NCBI GenBank assembly: GCA_964245345.1
Contig: CAXTMS010000008.1
Span: 1-36,520, forward strand
Direction: 5' to 3'
From: an uncultured Acetobacteraceae bacterium
GTDB lineage: Bacteria > Pseudomonadota > Alphaproteobacteria > Acetobacterales > Acetobacteraceae
Length of the DNA stretch: 36,520 nt
Shown here in pieces: positions 21,011 to 30,266 of the stretch. The translations under genes and the position numbers were made by a program. The first letter of the stretch is position 1. Each line of letters starts with the position of its first letter. The notes beneath the pieces are model-generated. The model saw only the letters and a list, made by a program, of their open reading frames with translations, had not been told where the DNA came from and made no database searches.

Positions 21011-22042
21011 ATGACAGGTCCAGGCTTTGAAACGACGGCGGTCGCGCCCGGCCCGCTCCCCGGGGAGCCGGACCCGGTGGCGGAGGCGGACGCGCTGTCG
21101 GCCAGGCTGTTGGTGGTGCGCCGTCGGATCGGCGAGGTGATCTTCGGACAGGAGCAGGTGGTGGCGGAGGTGCTGACCGCGCTGCTGTCCGGCGGCCATG
21201 CCCTGCTGGTGGGCGCGCCCGGCCTCGGCAAGACCCTGCTGGTCGAGACGCTGGGCGCGGTGCTCGGGCTCGACGCGCGCCGGGTGCAGTTCACCCCGGA
21301 CCTGATGCCGGCCGACATCACCGGCAGCGAGATCCTGGAGGAGGATGCCGGTGGCCGGCGCGGCTTCCGCTTCGTGCGCGGCCCGGTGTTCTGCCAGCTG
21401 CTGATGGCCGACGAGATCAACCGCGCCAGCCCGCGCACGCAGTCGGCGCTGCTGCAGGCGATGCAGGAGCACCGGGTGGCGGTGGCCGGCGTCAACCATC
21501 CGTTGCCTGCACCGTTTCACGTGCTGGCGACGCAGAACCCGATCGAGCAGGAAGGCACCTATCCGCTTCCCGAGGCCCAGCTCGACCGCTTCCTGCTGCA
21601 GATCGACCTGTCGTATCCGGAAGCGGTCGCGGAGCGGGCCATGCTGCTCGCCACCACCGGGACGCCGCGCGCCGCACCCGAGCCGGTGCTGGCGCCGGGC
21701 GAGCTCCTGTCGGCGCAGGCGCTGGTGCGCCGCCTGCCGATCGGAACAAAGGTGGTGGACGCGATCCTGTCTCTTGTGCGCGGCGCCAGGCCGGAAACCG
21801 CCAGCGACGACCGCGTGCGCCGCTCGCTCGCCTGGGGCCCCGGCCCCCGTGCGGCGCAGGCGCTGATGCTGGCCACGCGCGCCCGCGCGCTGCTGGACGG
21901 CAGGCTGTCCCCCAGCCTGGACGACGTGGCGGCGCTGGCGCATCCCGTGCTGCGCCACCGCATGGCACTGAGCTTCGGCGCGCGCTCGGAGGGAACCGCC
22001 TTGCCCGCGATCATCGACGGTCTGGTCCAGCGGATCGGGTGA
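21011..22042 (+). CDS. MoxR family AAA+ ATPase
   Basis: GAPGLGKT, RVQFTPDLMPADI, ADEINRASPRTQSALL, ATQNPIEQEGTYPLPEAQLDRF. Confidence 0.96.
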   Translation: MTGPGFETTAVAPGPLPGEPDPVAEADALSARLLVVRRRIGEVIFGQEQVVAEVLTALLSGGHALLVGAPGLGKTLLVETLGAVLGLDARRVQFTPDLMPADITGSEILEEDAGGRRGFRFVRGPVFCQLLMADEINRASPRTQSALLQAMQEHRVAVAGVNHPLPAPFHVLATQNPIEQEGTYPLPEAQLDRFLLQIDLSYPEAVAERAMLLATTGTPRAAPEPVLAPGELLSAQALVRRLPIGTKVVDAILSLVRGARPETASDDRVRRSLAWGPGPRAAQALMLATRARALLDGRLSPSLDDVAALAHPVLRHRMALSFGARSEGTALPAIIDGLVQRIG

Positions 22043-23010
22043 GGCGCTTTCCGTTCACGCGTCCCGGACGTCCTGAGCCAGGCGGCCGCCCGGCGCCCGA
22101 CCTGCCGGGGCTCCGCCCGGCGGGCCGTGCCGGGAACGCGATGCGGCTGGAAGCCGAAGCCCTGGCCGCCCGGCTGCCGCCGCTGCTGGCCGAGGCCGAC
22201 CGCGTCGCCAGCACCGTCGCGCAGGGGGTGCACGGGCGCGGCCGGGCCGGCAGCGGCGACAGCTTTTGGCAGTACAGGCAGCTGATGCCGGGCGAGTCGG
22301 GCACCCGGATCGACTGGCGGCAATCCGCCCGGTCCAGCCGCGCGTTCGTGCGGGAAACCGAGTGGGAAGCGGCCCAGACCGTGTGCCTGTGGCGGGACGC
22401 CTCGCCCAGCATGGCGTGGCGTTCGGAGGCGCGGCTGCCGTTCAAAAGCGACCGCGCCGAGCTGCTGGCGCTGGCGCTGTCGATGCTGCTGCTTCGCGCC
22501 GGCGAGCACGTCCGGTTGCTGGACGGCACCGTCCAGGCGCGCTTTTCCGGCAGGCAGGCGGTTGAGCGGCTGGCCCGGCAGCTGCTGGCGGCGCCGGCCG
22601 ACGGCGCGTCGTCGCTGCCGGCGCCGGCCGACCTGCCCGCCCATGCCCGGCTGGTGCTGATCGGCGACTTGCTGTGTCCGATGCCGGAGATCGAGCGCAC
22701 CCTGTCCCGGCTGGCCGCGATCCCGGTTCCGGTGCTGGTGCTGCAGCTGCTGGACCCGGCGGAATGCACCCTGCCCTATGACGGGCGCGTCCGGTTCGAG
22801 GGCGTCGAGGGCGAGAGCCCGCTGCTGCTGTCGCGGGTGCAGGACGTACGCGGCGACTATGCGGCGGCGCTGGACGCGCACCAGCGCGGCCTGGCGGCAC
22901 TTTGCGCCGCGTCCGGGGCGCTGCTGCTGCAGCACCGCACCGACCAGCCGCCGGCCACGGCGCTGCTGGCGCTGCACCAGGCGCTGGGCCGGCGGAGTGC
23001 CGCCGCGTGA
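22039..23010 (+). CDS. DUF58 domain protein
   Basis: HGRGRAGSGDSFWQYR, IDWRQSAR, VRETEWE, DASPSM (MIDAS-like); start may instead be ATG 22141. Confidence 0.9.
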   Translation: MRRFPFTRPGRPEPGGRPAPDLPGLRPAGRAGNAMRLEAEALAARLPPLLAEADRVASTVAQGVHGRGRAGSGDSFWQYRQLMPGESGTRIDWRQSARSSRAFVRETEWEAAQTVCLWRDASPSMAWRSEARLPFKSDRAELLALALSMLLLRAGEHVRLLDGTVQARFSGRQAVERLARQLLAAPADGASSLPAPADLPAHARLVLIGDLLCPMPEIERTLSRLAAIPVPVLVLQLLDPAECTLPYDGRVRFEGVEGESPLLLSRVQDVRGDYAAALDAHQRGLAALCAASGALLLQHRTDQPPATALLALHQALGRRSAAA

Positions 23011-25766
23011 TCCTCGCGGCGCCGTTGCTGATGCTGGGCCTGGCTGTGCTGCCGCTGCTGTGGTGGCTGCTGCGCGCCCTGCCGCCGGCGCCCAGGGTGC
23101 AGCCGTTCCCGGCGATCCGGCTGCTGGACGGGTTGCGCACCCGCGCCGAGCAGCCGCGCAAGGCGCCGTTCTGGCTGCTGCTGTTGCGGGTCGCGGCCGG
23201 CACGCTGCTCGTGCTGGGGCTGGCGCAGCCGGTGCTGGTGCGGGATCGCGGCACCCTGCCCGGTGCGGGAACCCTGCTTCTGGTGATCGACAACGGTTGG
23301 GCCGCAGCGCCGGACTGGGCGGCACGGCTGCAGGCGGCGCGGGAGTTGGTCGACCGCGCCGGACGAGCCGGCCGGCGGGTCAGGCTGCTGCTGACCGCGA
23401 GCGATGCCGGCGGCGCGGCGCCGCAGGCGGGACCGCCGCTGCAGGCTCCGGTGCTGCGCGCACGGCTCGACGACCTCCACCCGATGCCCTGGCCGGTGGA
23501 TCGCGCCATGGCCGCGTCGGCGCTGCACGATGCCGGCCGCGTCGGCAGCGTCGCCTACCTGTCCGACGGGCTGGCGACCGCCGGCGACCGGGCTTTCCTC
23601 CAGGCGCTTCGCGCGGCGGCCCCGGTGTCGGAGCTGCGCGCGTCGCCGCCGGTGCTGGCGGTGCTGGACCGGCCGGTGCCGAAGCCTGGCCGCCTGCTGG
23701 TCCGGATCGAGGCGATGCCGGCGCCGATGCCGCGCAGCCTTGTTGTGCGCGGCGAAACCGCTTCCGGCGCCAGCCTGGCCAGGATCGCGGTGCCGGTCCC
23801 GGCCGGTGCCATGCGGGCGGAGGCGCCGATCGTGCTTCCGGCCGAGCTGCGCAACCAGCTGTCGCGCCTGGTGCTGGACGGGATGCCGGGCGCCGGAGGG
23901 GTGCGGCTGCTGGACGAGGGCGACCGCCGGCGCCCCGTCGGCCTGCTGGCCGCGACCGGCGGCGACACCCCGCTGCTCGGCGCGCTGTTCTTCCTGCGCC
24001 GGGCCCTGGCGCCCACCGCGGAACTGCGCGAAGGGTCGCTCGACGCCTTGCTGTCGCGCCAGCTTTCGGTGCTGGTCGCCCCCGACGGCACCCTGGACGA
24101 CCCGGCTGCCCGAACCCGCGTCGCCGCCTGGGTCAGGAACGGCGGGATGCTGATCCGCTTCGCCGGTCCGCGTCTCGCCGCGCGGGCGGCAGGGTCTGGT
24201 TCCGACCGGCCCGATCCGCTGCTGCCGGTACCGCTGCTGGGCGGCGCACGCCAGCTCGGCGGCGCCATGTCCTGGGGCAGCCCGGAGCATCCGGCGCCGT
24301 TCGGCGACGGTCCGTTCGCCGGCCTTCCGGTGCCGGCCGAGGTCACGGTGTCGCGCCAGGTGCTGGCCGAACCCTCGGCGGCGCTGTCGCAGCACAGCTG
24401 GGCCAGGCTGACCGACGGCACGCCGCTGGTCACCCACGCGGCGCTCGGCGACGGGCAGCTGGTGCTGTTCCACGTCACGAGCACGGCCGACTGGTCCAGC
24501 CTGCCGCTGTCCGGGCTGTTCCCGCTCATGCTGCAGCGCCTGGTCGAGCGTGCCGCCGGCCTCGCAGCACCCGGCGACCACACGCTCCTGGCGCCGGCGC
24601 TGATCCTGGGCGGCGACGGCCAGCTCGGCAGCCCGCCCGCCGGCGCCCGTGGCCTGGCCGCGGACCGCTTCGGCGCCGTTCCGGCTTCGGCGCTGCATCC
24701 GGCCGGGCTTTATGGTCCGCCGGCCAGCCGGCGCTCGCTCAACATCGCCGACGCGCTGCCGCCGCTCGCGCCGGAAGCGGCGAGCGGTCCGTTGCGCAGC
24801 CTGTCGGACCACGTCCCGGACCGGCGGCTCGGACCGTCCCTGCTGGCGCTGGCGCTGGCGCTCCTGCTCGTTGACGCGTTGGCCACGCTTCACCTCCGCG
24901 GGCTGCTGCGCGGTCGTTCCGGCGGACGGGTGCGGCGTGCGGCGCCGCTGCTGGCGCTGCTGCCGGTGCTTGCGGCCGCCGCCTGCCTTCCAGCCTACCG
25001 GGCCGCCGCGGTGGAAACCGGTCCGGTGCCCGGCGCTGCGGTCGAAACCCGGCTCGCCTACGTCGTCACCGGGGTGTCCGACGTGGACGAGGTGTCCCGC
25101 GAAGGGCTGGAAGGCCTCACCGCCTATGCCAACGCCCGCACCTCGGTCCAGCTGGGCCATCCGGACGGGGTGGTGCCCGGACGCGACGACCTCGCCTTCT
25201 ACCCGATGCTGTACTGGCCGGTGACGCCCGCGACCGCGGCGGCCGCGCCCGGTGCCGCGTGGACCGCGTCGCTCAACGCCTACATGGGCCATGGCGGCAT
25301 CCTGCTGATCGACACGCAAGGCAGCGACAGCGTTCCCGCGGCCGGTTCCGGCGGCGCCGACTTCACCTTGTTCGCCCCTGGCACGGCGCAGGCGCTGCGT
25401 CGCGCCACCGCCGGGCTCGACATCCCGTCGCTTCGGCCGGTGGACCAGGCGCACGTGCTGTCGCGCTCCTTCTACCTGCTGCACGCTTATCCCGGCCGCT
25501 ATGTCGGGGCTCCCGTCTGGGTGGCGAGCGAGGACGACCTGGGCAATGACGGGGTCAGCCCGGTCATCATCGGCGGCAACGATTGGGCCGGGGCCTGGGC
25601 GATCGACGCCAACGGGCAGAACCCGTATGCGGTGATCCCAGGCGGCGAGGAACAGCGGGTCATCGCCTACCGGTTCGGGGTGAACGCGGTGATCTACGCG
25701 CTCACCGGCAACTACAAGACCGACCAGGTGCACGTGCCCGCCCTGCTGCAGCGGCTCGGGCAGTGA
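23007..25766 (+). CDS. BatA-like N-terminal double-TM / vWA-like / DUF4159 membrane protein
   Basis: LWWLLRALPPAP..FPAIRLL...FWLLLLR N-terminus; C-terminal FYPMLYWP, HVLSRSFYLL, NDWAGAWA, FGVNAVIYALTGNYKTDQVH; GTGA overlap. Confidence 0.88.
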   Translation: MILAAPLLMLGLAVLPLLWWLLRALPPAPRVQPFPAIRLLDGLRTRAEQPRKAPFWLLLLRVAAGTLLVLGLAQPVLVRDRGTLPGAGTLLLVIDNGWAAAPDWAARLQAARELVDRAGRAGRRVRLLLTASDAGGAAPQAGPPLQAPVLRARLDDLHPMPWPVDRAMAASALHDAGRVGSVAYLSDGLATAGDRAFLQALRAAAPVSELRASPPVLAVLDRPVPKPGRLLVRIEAMPAPMPRSLVVRGETASGASLARIAVPVPAGAMRAEAPIVLPAELRNQLSRLVLDGMPGAGGVRLLDEGDRRRPVGLLAATGGDTPLLGALFFLRRALAPTAELREGSLDALLSRQLSVLVAPDGTLDDPAARTRVAAWVRNGGMLIRFAGPRLAARAAGSGSDRPDPLLPVPLLGGARQLGGAMSWGSPEHPAPFGDGPFAGLPVPAEVTVSRQVLAEPSAALSQHSWARLTDGTPLVTHAALGDGQLVLFHVTSTADWSSLPLSGLFPLMLQRLVERAAGLAAPGDHTLLAPALILGGDGQLGSPPAGARGLAADRFGAVPASALHPAGLYGPPASRRSLNIADALPPLAPEAASGPLRSLSDHVPDRRLGPSLLALALALLLVDALATLHLRGLLRGRSGGRVRRAAPLLALLPVLAAAACLPAYRAAAVETGPVPGAAVETRLAYVVTGVSDVDEVSREGLEGLTAYANARTSVQLGHPDGVVPGRDDLAFYPMLYWPVTPATAAAAPGAAWTASLNAYMGHGGILLIDTQGSDSVPAAGSGGADFTLFAPGTAQALRRATAGLDIPSLRPVDQAHVLSRSFYLLHAYPGRYVGAPVWVASEDDLGNDGVSPVIIGGNDWAGAWAIDANGQNPYAVIPGGEEQRVIAYRFGVNAVIYALTGNYKTDQVHVPALLQRLGQ

Positions 25767-27958
25767 GCGGGCCCTTGTCACACGTCGCAGCACTGCGGCT
25801 GGAGCCGCTGATCCCGGTCTGGCTGCTGGCGGCGCTGGGCCTGTGCTGCGCCGTTGTGACCGTGCTGTCGCTGCTCCGCCGGTCCGGTGTCGGCGCTGTG
25901 TGGCGCGGTCTCGCCTTTGCGCTGCTGCTGTGCTGGCTCGCGGGCCCGGTGCTGCTTCGCCAGGACTGGCGCGCGCTTGGCGAAACGATGCTTCTGGTGG
26001 TGGACGGGAGCGGCTCCATGCGGATCGGCGACCGGACGGCGATCGCACGCCGCACCGCAGACGCGATCGCTTCCGAAGCCGCCCGGCTGCCCGGGCTGGA
26101 CGTGCGCGTGGTCCCGGTCGGGTCCGGTGCTGCCGGTCCCGGCGGCGGCGGGACCCGGCTGATCGGGGCGATCGAGCGCGCCGCGGCCACGATCCCGTCC
26201 GCGGAAGGGGGCAGCCGGATCGCCGGGATCGTCGCCATCACCGACGGGCAGGTGCACGACCTCGGCGGCACGCCGCCGGCGCTGCTGGCGGGCACCGACA
26301 TTCCGCTGCACGTGCTGATCCCGGCGCGGGGAGAGCAGACCGACCGCCGGCTTCGTGTGCTCCAGGCGCCGCCGTTCGGCATCGTCGGACAGGACGCGAC
26401 GTTGCGGGTGCAGGTCGACGATCTCGGCGCGCCGCCGGGCCCGCACGGCACCGCCACCCTGACGCTGAAGCGGGACGGCGACCCGCCGGTCTCGCGCGAG
26501 GTGGCGGTCGGCGAGCCGCAGGAGATCACGATACCGATCACCCGGCCGGGCCAGACGCTGCTGGAGCTGGACGCGTCGACGCGGCCCGGCGAGGTGTCGG
26601 CGGTGAACAACCAGGCCATCGTGTCCATCCAGGGGGTGCGCGACCGGCTCAAGGTGCTGCTGGTGTCGGGCACGCCCAACCAGGGCGAGCGGGTGTGGCG
26701 GCGCCTGCTCAAGGCCGACCCGTCGGTCGACCTGGTGCACTTCACCATCCTGCGCCCGCCGGACAAGGACGACACCACGCCGCTCAACGAGCTGGCGCTG
26801 ATCGCCTTTCCGATCCGCGAGCTGTTCCAGGAGAAGGTGAACCAGTTCGACCTCATCATCCTGGACGGGTTCGAGAATCGCGGCATCCTGCCGATGGCAT
26901 ACCTGCGCAACATCGCCGACTTCGTGCGCGGCGGCGGCGGGCTGCTGGTCACGGCGGGACCGGAGTTCATCGGGGCCGGCACGCTGCAGGACACCCCGCT
27001 GGGCGAGATCCTGCCGGCGCGCGTGCCGGAAGAAGGCGGGCTGGTCGAGCAGCGGTTCCAGCCCATGCCGACCGCGCTCGGCCGCCGCCACCCGGTGACC
27101 GGCGGCCTGCCTCAGATGCCGCCCCAGGCGTCGCCCGGTGCCGATCCGGCCGCGAATGGCACGACCGGTGGCGGCGCGATCGGCTGGGGCTCCTGGTATC
27201 GCGCGCTGCGCGCCGACCCGTCGCAGCTGGCGCCGGGGGCGCAGGTGCTGCTGGACGGGCCGGACGGGTCGCCGCTCCTGATCCTGGACCGGGTCGAGCA
27301 GGGTCGGGTGGCGCTGCTGCTGTCGGACCAGCTTTGGTTGTGGTCTCGCGGCGAGACCGGCGGCGGACCGCAGGCCGAGCTGCTGCGTCGGCTGGCGCAC
27401 TGGCTGATGAAGGAGCCCGAGCTGGAAGAAGAACAGCTGACGGCCAGCATCGCCGACAACCGCCTCACCGTGACGCGGCGCTCGGTGGCCGGCGACGCGG
27501 CAACAACCGTCACCGTGGTCGCGCCGGACCGGACGCGCACCGCGCTCACCCTGTCGCCGGCCGGCGGCGGAACCGCGACCGCCGAACGCGCCGCCCCTGC
27601 CACCGGCATCTGGGAGGTGACGGATGGCGCCGAGCACGCCTTCGCGGCCGCCCGGCCTCCCGACCCGCTGGAGATCGCCGACCTGCGCGCCACCGCCACC
27701 GTGCTGGCGCCGCTCGCCTCCGCCACCGGCGGCAGCATCACGTGGCTTGGAAACGATCCGGCGCGGCCGGCGGTGCCGGCGCTGCGCCTGGTTGGCCCGC
27801 ATGGAAGCGCGTCCGGTGCCGGCTGGATCGGGCTCAGGCGGCACGGCGCGCATGTGGTGACCGGCGAGCAGACCGTTCCCCTGCTTCCGGCAGCCGTTGT
27901 GCTGCCCCTGGCGCTTCTGCTGCTGCTTGGGGGCTGGCGCGCCGAAGGACGACGCTGA
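25763..27958 (+). CDS. Membrane protein with vWA-like and glutamine-amidotransferase-like domains
   Basis: VVDGSGSM and ITDGQVHD, WRRLLKADPSVDLVHFTILRPP, GGGLLVTAGPEF, C-terminal TM ending W.AEGR; GTGA overlap. Confidence 0.85.
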   Translation: MSGPLSHVAALRLEPLIPVWLLAALGLCCAVVTVLSLLRRSGVGAVWRGLAFALLLCWLAGPVLLRQDWRALGETMLLVVDGSGSMRIGDRTAIARRTADAIASEAARLPGLDVRVVPVGSGAAGPGGGGTRLIGAIERAAATIPSAEGGSRIAGIVAITDGQVHDLGGTPPALLAGTDIPLHVLIPARGEQTDRRLRVLQAPPFGIVGQDATLRVQVDDLGAPPGPHGTATLTLKRDGDPPVSREVAVGEPQEITIPITRPGQTLLELDASTRPGEVSAVNNQAIVSIQGVRDRLKVLLVSGTPNQGERVWRRLLKADPSVDLVHFTILRPPDKDDTTPLNELALIAFPIRELFQEKVNQFDLIILDGFENRGILPMAYLRNIADFVRGGGGLLVTAGPEFIGAGTLQDTPLGEILPARVPEEGGLVEQRFQPMPTALGRRHPVTGGLPQMPPQASPGADPAANGTTGGGAIGWGSWYRALRADPSQLAPGAQVLLDGPDGSPLLILDRVEQGRVALLLSDQLWLWSRGETGGGPQAELLRRLAHWLMKEPELEEEQLTASIADNRLTVTRRSVAGDAATTVTVVAPDRTRTALTLSPAGGGTATAERAAPATGIWEVTDGAEHAFAAARPPDPLEIADLRATATVLAPLASATGGSITWLGNDPARPAVPALRLVGPHGSASGAGWIGLRRHGAHVVTGEQTVPLLPAAVVLPLALLLLLGGWRAEGRR

Positions 27959-28125
27959 AGTCGACACGGCGTCCGACAAATCCCTGCGGCGACGCGACCG
28001 CCTCTTGCGGAACCGGCGCCCGGGTGTTGCAGTCGGGATCTCGCGGTTCGTCCCGCGTCCTCGCACGGAGACGTGCCTTCCAGTCGCCTGCCCGCTCGCC
28101 CCGCCGCTTCAACCCGCGTCCGATC

Positions 28126-28632
28126 ATGGCGCTGATCGGCTTCGTCGGGCTGTGCCTGCTCGTGGCGGCGGCGGACGCGGCGCTGACGGAGCCCGGCATG
28201 CGCGGCTGGTATCCGGCACTTCGCCATCCGCCGGGCACTCCGCCGGGCTGGCTGTTCCCTGTCGTGTGGATCCCGCTCTATCTGGCGATGGCCGTCGCCG
28301 CGTGGCGGGTGTGGCGCTGTTCGTCCGTGCTGCGGTTCCGGATCACGGGCGGCGCGGTCAACGCCGATCGCGCGGCGTTGCGCCGCCGCGGCCTGCTGCT
28401 TTGGGGCTGGCAGCTGGCGGTCAACGCTGCCTGGACCCCGGTGTTCTTCGGGCTGCACCGGCCGGCCCCGGCGCTCGGGGTGATCACCGGCCTGGCGCTG
28501 CTGGTCGCCTTGACGCTGCGCGATTTCGATCGTGTCGACAGGACGTCAGCGCTATTGATGGCGCCCTACCTCGCCTGGGTGTGCTACGCATTCTGGCTCA
28601 ATGCCGGCATCGCCTGGCTGAACCCCGGCTGA
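28126..28632 (+). CDS. tspO: TspO/MBR family membrane protein (start uncertain)
   Basis: WYPALRHPPGTPPGWLFPVVWIPLY, QLAVNAAWTPVFFG, LMAPYLAWVCYA. Confidence 0.9.
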   Translation: MALIGFVGLCLLVAAADAALTEPGMRGWYPALRHPPGTPPGWLFPVVWIPLYLAMAVAAWRVWRCSSVLRFRITGGAVNADRAALRRRGLLLWGWQLAVNAAWTPVFFGLHRPAPALGVITGLALLVALTLRDFDRVDRTSALLMAPYLAWVCYAFWLNAGIAWLNPG

Positions 28633-28655
28633 CCACGCCCCTTCCGGAACGAGAC

Positions 28656-29312
28656 ATGGACCTGCGCCGCCTTCTGCATCCCACCGCCATCCTTCTCCTG
28701 CTGGGTGCCGCGCCGGTTGTCATCCCGCTCCACGCCGCGATGGCGCAGTTCAGCAGCGGCGGCAACGGCGGCGGCAGTGGCTCCGATGCCGAACGCGACG
28801 CGGCCGAGGCGGCGCAGAAAGCCGAGGCCAAGGCCGCCGCCGAGGCGGCGGCACCCCCGCCCGCGATCCCGGGCGCCGTGTCGGACCAGGCGACCGCGAC
28901 CTCGGGGCACATCAGCGCCGACATGGAGCCCACCGCCGCCCTGTTCGACGCGATCAACCGCGGCGACGTCACCTCGGCCAAGGAAGCGCTCAGCCGCGGC
29001 GCCGACCTTCATGGCAAGAACGTGCTGGGGCAGAGCCCGCTCGACATGGCGATCGACCTGAACCGCAGCGACATCACCTTCGTGCTGCTGTCGATGCGCA
29101 ACAGCGAGAACGGTCCGCCGGTCGCCTCCGTCGCCAGCACGGATCCGAACGGCGCCACTCCCGCGACCAGCCGGCGCGGGCGGTTGAAGATCGATGCCCG
29201 CCTCGCCAGCGTGGAACACGCCAGGTCGCACGCCGCCACCCTGCAGCGCGTCGCCGCCGACACCGGGACCCCGAAGCCGGACGTCGGCTTCCTCGGCTTC
29301 GGCGGCAGCTAG
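28656..29312 (+). CDS. Exported ankyrin-repeat-like protein
   Basis: Signal peptide (..AAMAQ), LFDAINRGD..AKEALSRGADL..KNVLGQSPLDMAID; ends GFLGFGGS. Confidence 0.75.
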   Translation: MDLRRLLHPTAILLLLGAAPVVIPLHAAMAQFSSGGNGGGSGSDAERDAAEAAQKAEAKAAAEAAAPPPAIPGAVSDQATATSGHISADMEPTAALFDAINRGDVTSAKEALSRGADLHGKNVLGQSPLDMAIDLNRSDITFVLLSMRNSENGPPVASVASTDPNGATPATSRRGRLKIDARLASVEHARSHAATLQRVAADTGTPKPDVGFLGFGGS

Positions 29313-29323
29313 GCTTCCCCGCG

Positions 29324-30259
29324 GTGGCGCAGGCCGTCGCGGCCTGCGTCCCGACGCGGAGCAGGCTCTTCCGACGCGACGGGCGGCCGGCGGCGCTGGG
29401 GGCGGTGGCCTGCGGCATGCTGAGCGTGCAGCTGGGCGCTGCGCTGGCCAAGCTGCTGTTCCCGGTGCTGGGCGCTCCCGGCACCGCCAGCCTGCGCGTG
29501 CTGCTGGCATGCCTGATCCTGTTGCCGATGCTGCGTCCCGGCTCGCGGCGACCCTTGTCCTGGCCCGACCGGCACGTCCTCGTCAGCGTCCTCGCCTATG
29601 GGACCTGCCTCGGGGTGATGAACACGGTGTTCTATGCCGCCCTGGCACGGCTGCCGCTCGGCGTCACCGTGGCGATCGAGTTCATCGGGCCGCTGAGCCT
29701 GGCGGTGCTGGGCTCGCGGCGCCCGGTCGACCTGCTCTGGGTCGCGCTGGCGGTGGGCGGCCTGCTCCTGCTGCTTCAGCCCTGGCGCACGGTCAACGGC
29801 GCGCACCGACTCGATCCGCTCGGCGTGTTGCTGGCCCTGGTCGCCGGGCTTGCCTGGGCGCTCTATATCCTGGCCGGGCGGCGGGTGAGCCTGCGGATGG
29901 GCGGGATCGCCGCCACCGCGCTCGGCATGGCGGTGGCGAGCCTGATGCTGCTGCCGTTCGCGGCGCATGCGCTGCCGCTGGCGCTGTCCCGGCCACGCCT
30001 CCTGCTGGCGGCTTGCGGCATGGCGATGCTGTCAAGCGCCATCCCCTACACGATCGAGATGGTGGCGATGCGCCGCATGAGCATGCGCGGCTTCAGCATC
30101 CTGATGAGCCTGGAGCCGGCGATCGCGGCCCTGGCCGGGCTCGCCCTGCTCGGCGAGCACCTGTCGCCGCTGCGCTGGCTGGCGATCGCCGGCATCGTCG
30201 CCGCCTCGCTGGGCAGCGCCGCCACCGACCCGCTGCCGGAGTCGCCACCGGACGCGTGA
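29324..30259 (+). CDS. EamA/RhtA-like amino-acid exporter (start uncertain)
   Basis: SVQLGAALAKLLFP, LPLGVTVAIEFIGPL, LSSAIPYTIEM, ILMSLEPAIAAL. Confidence 0.9.
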   Translation: MAQAVAACVPTRSRLFRRDGRPAALGAVACGMLSVQLGAALAKLLFPVLGAPGTASLRVLLACLILLPMLRPGSRRPLSWPDRHVLVSVLAYGTCLGVMNTVFYAALARLPLGVTVAIEFIGPLSLAVLGSRRPVDLLWVALAVGGLLLLLQPWRTVNGAHRLDPLGVLLALVAGLAWALYILAGRRVSLRMGGIAATALGMAVASLMLLPFAAHALPLALSRPRLLLAACGMAMLSSAIPYTIEMVAMRRMSMRGFSILMSLEPAIAALAGLALLGEHLSPLRWLAIAGIVAASLGSAATDPLPESPPDA

Positions 30260-30266
30260 GCCGCGC

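Noticed and set aside
22857-26048. 1063-aa minus-strand ORF
   Set aside because: Antisense to the DUF4159 gene; no recognisable domain
19904-29312. Long N-terminal extensions on the MoxR, TspO (929 aa) and ankyrin (471 aa) ORFs
   Set aside because: Extensions overlap other genuine genes and lack motifs; starts were trimmed
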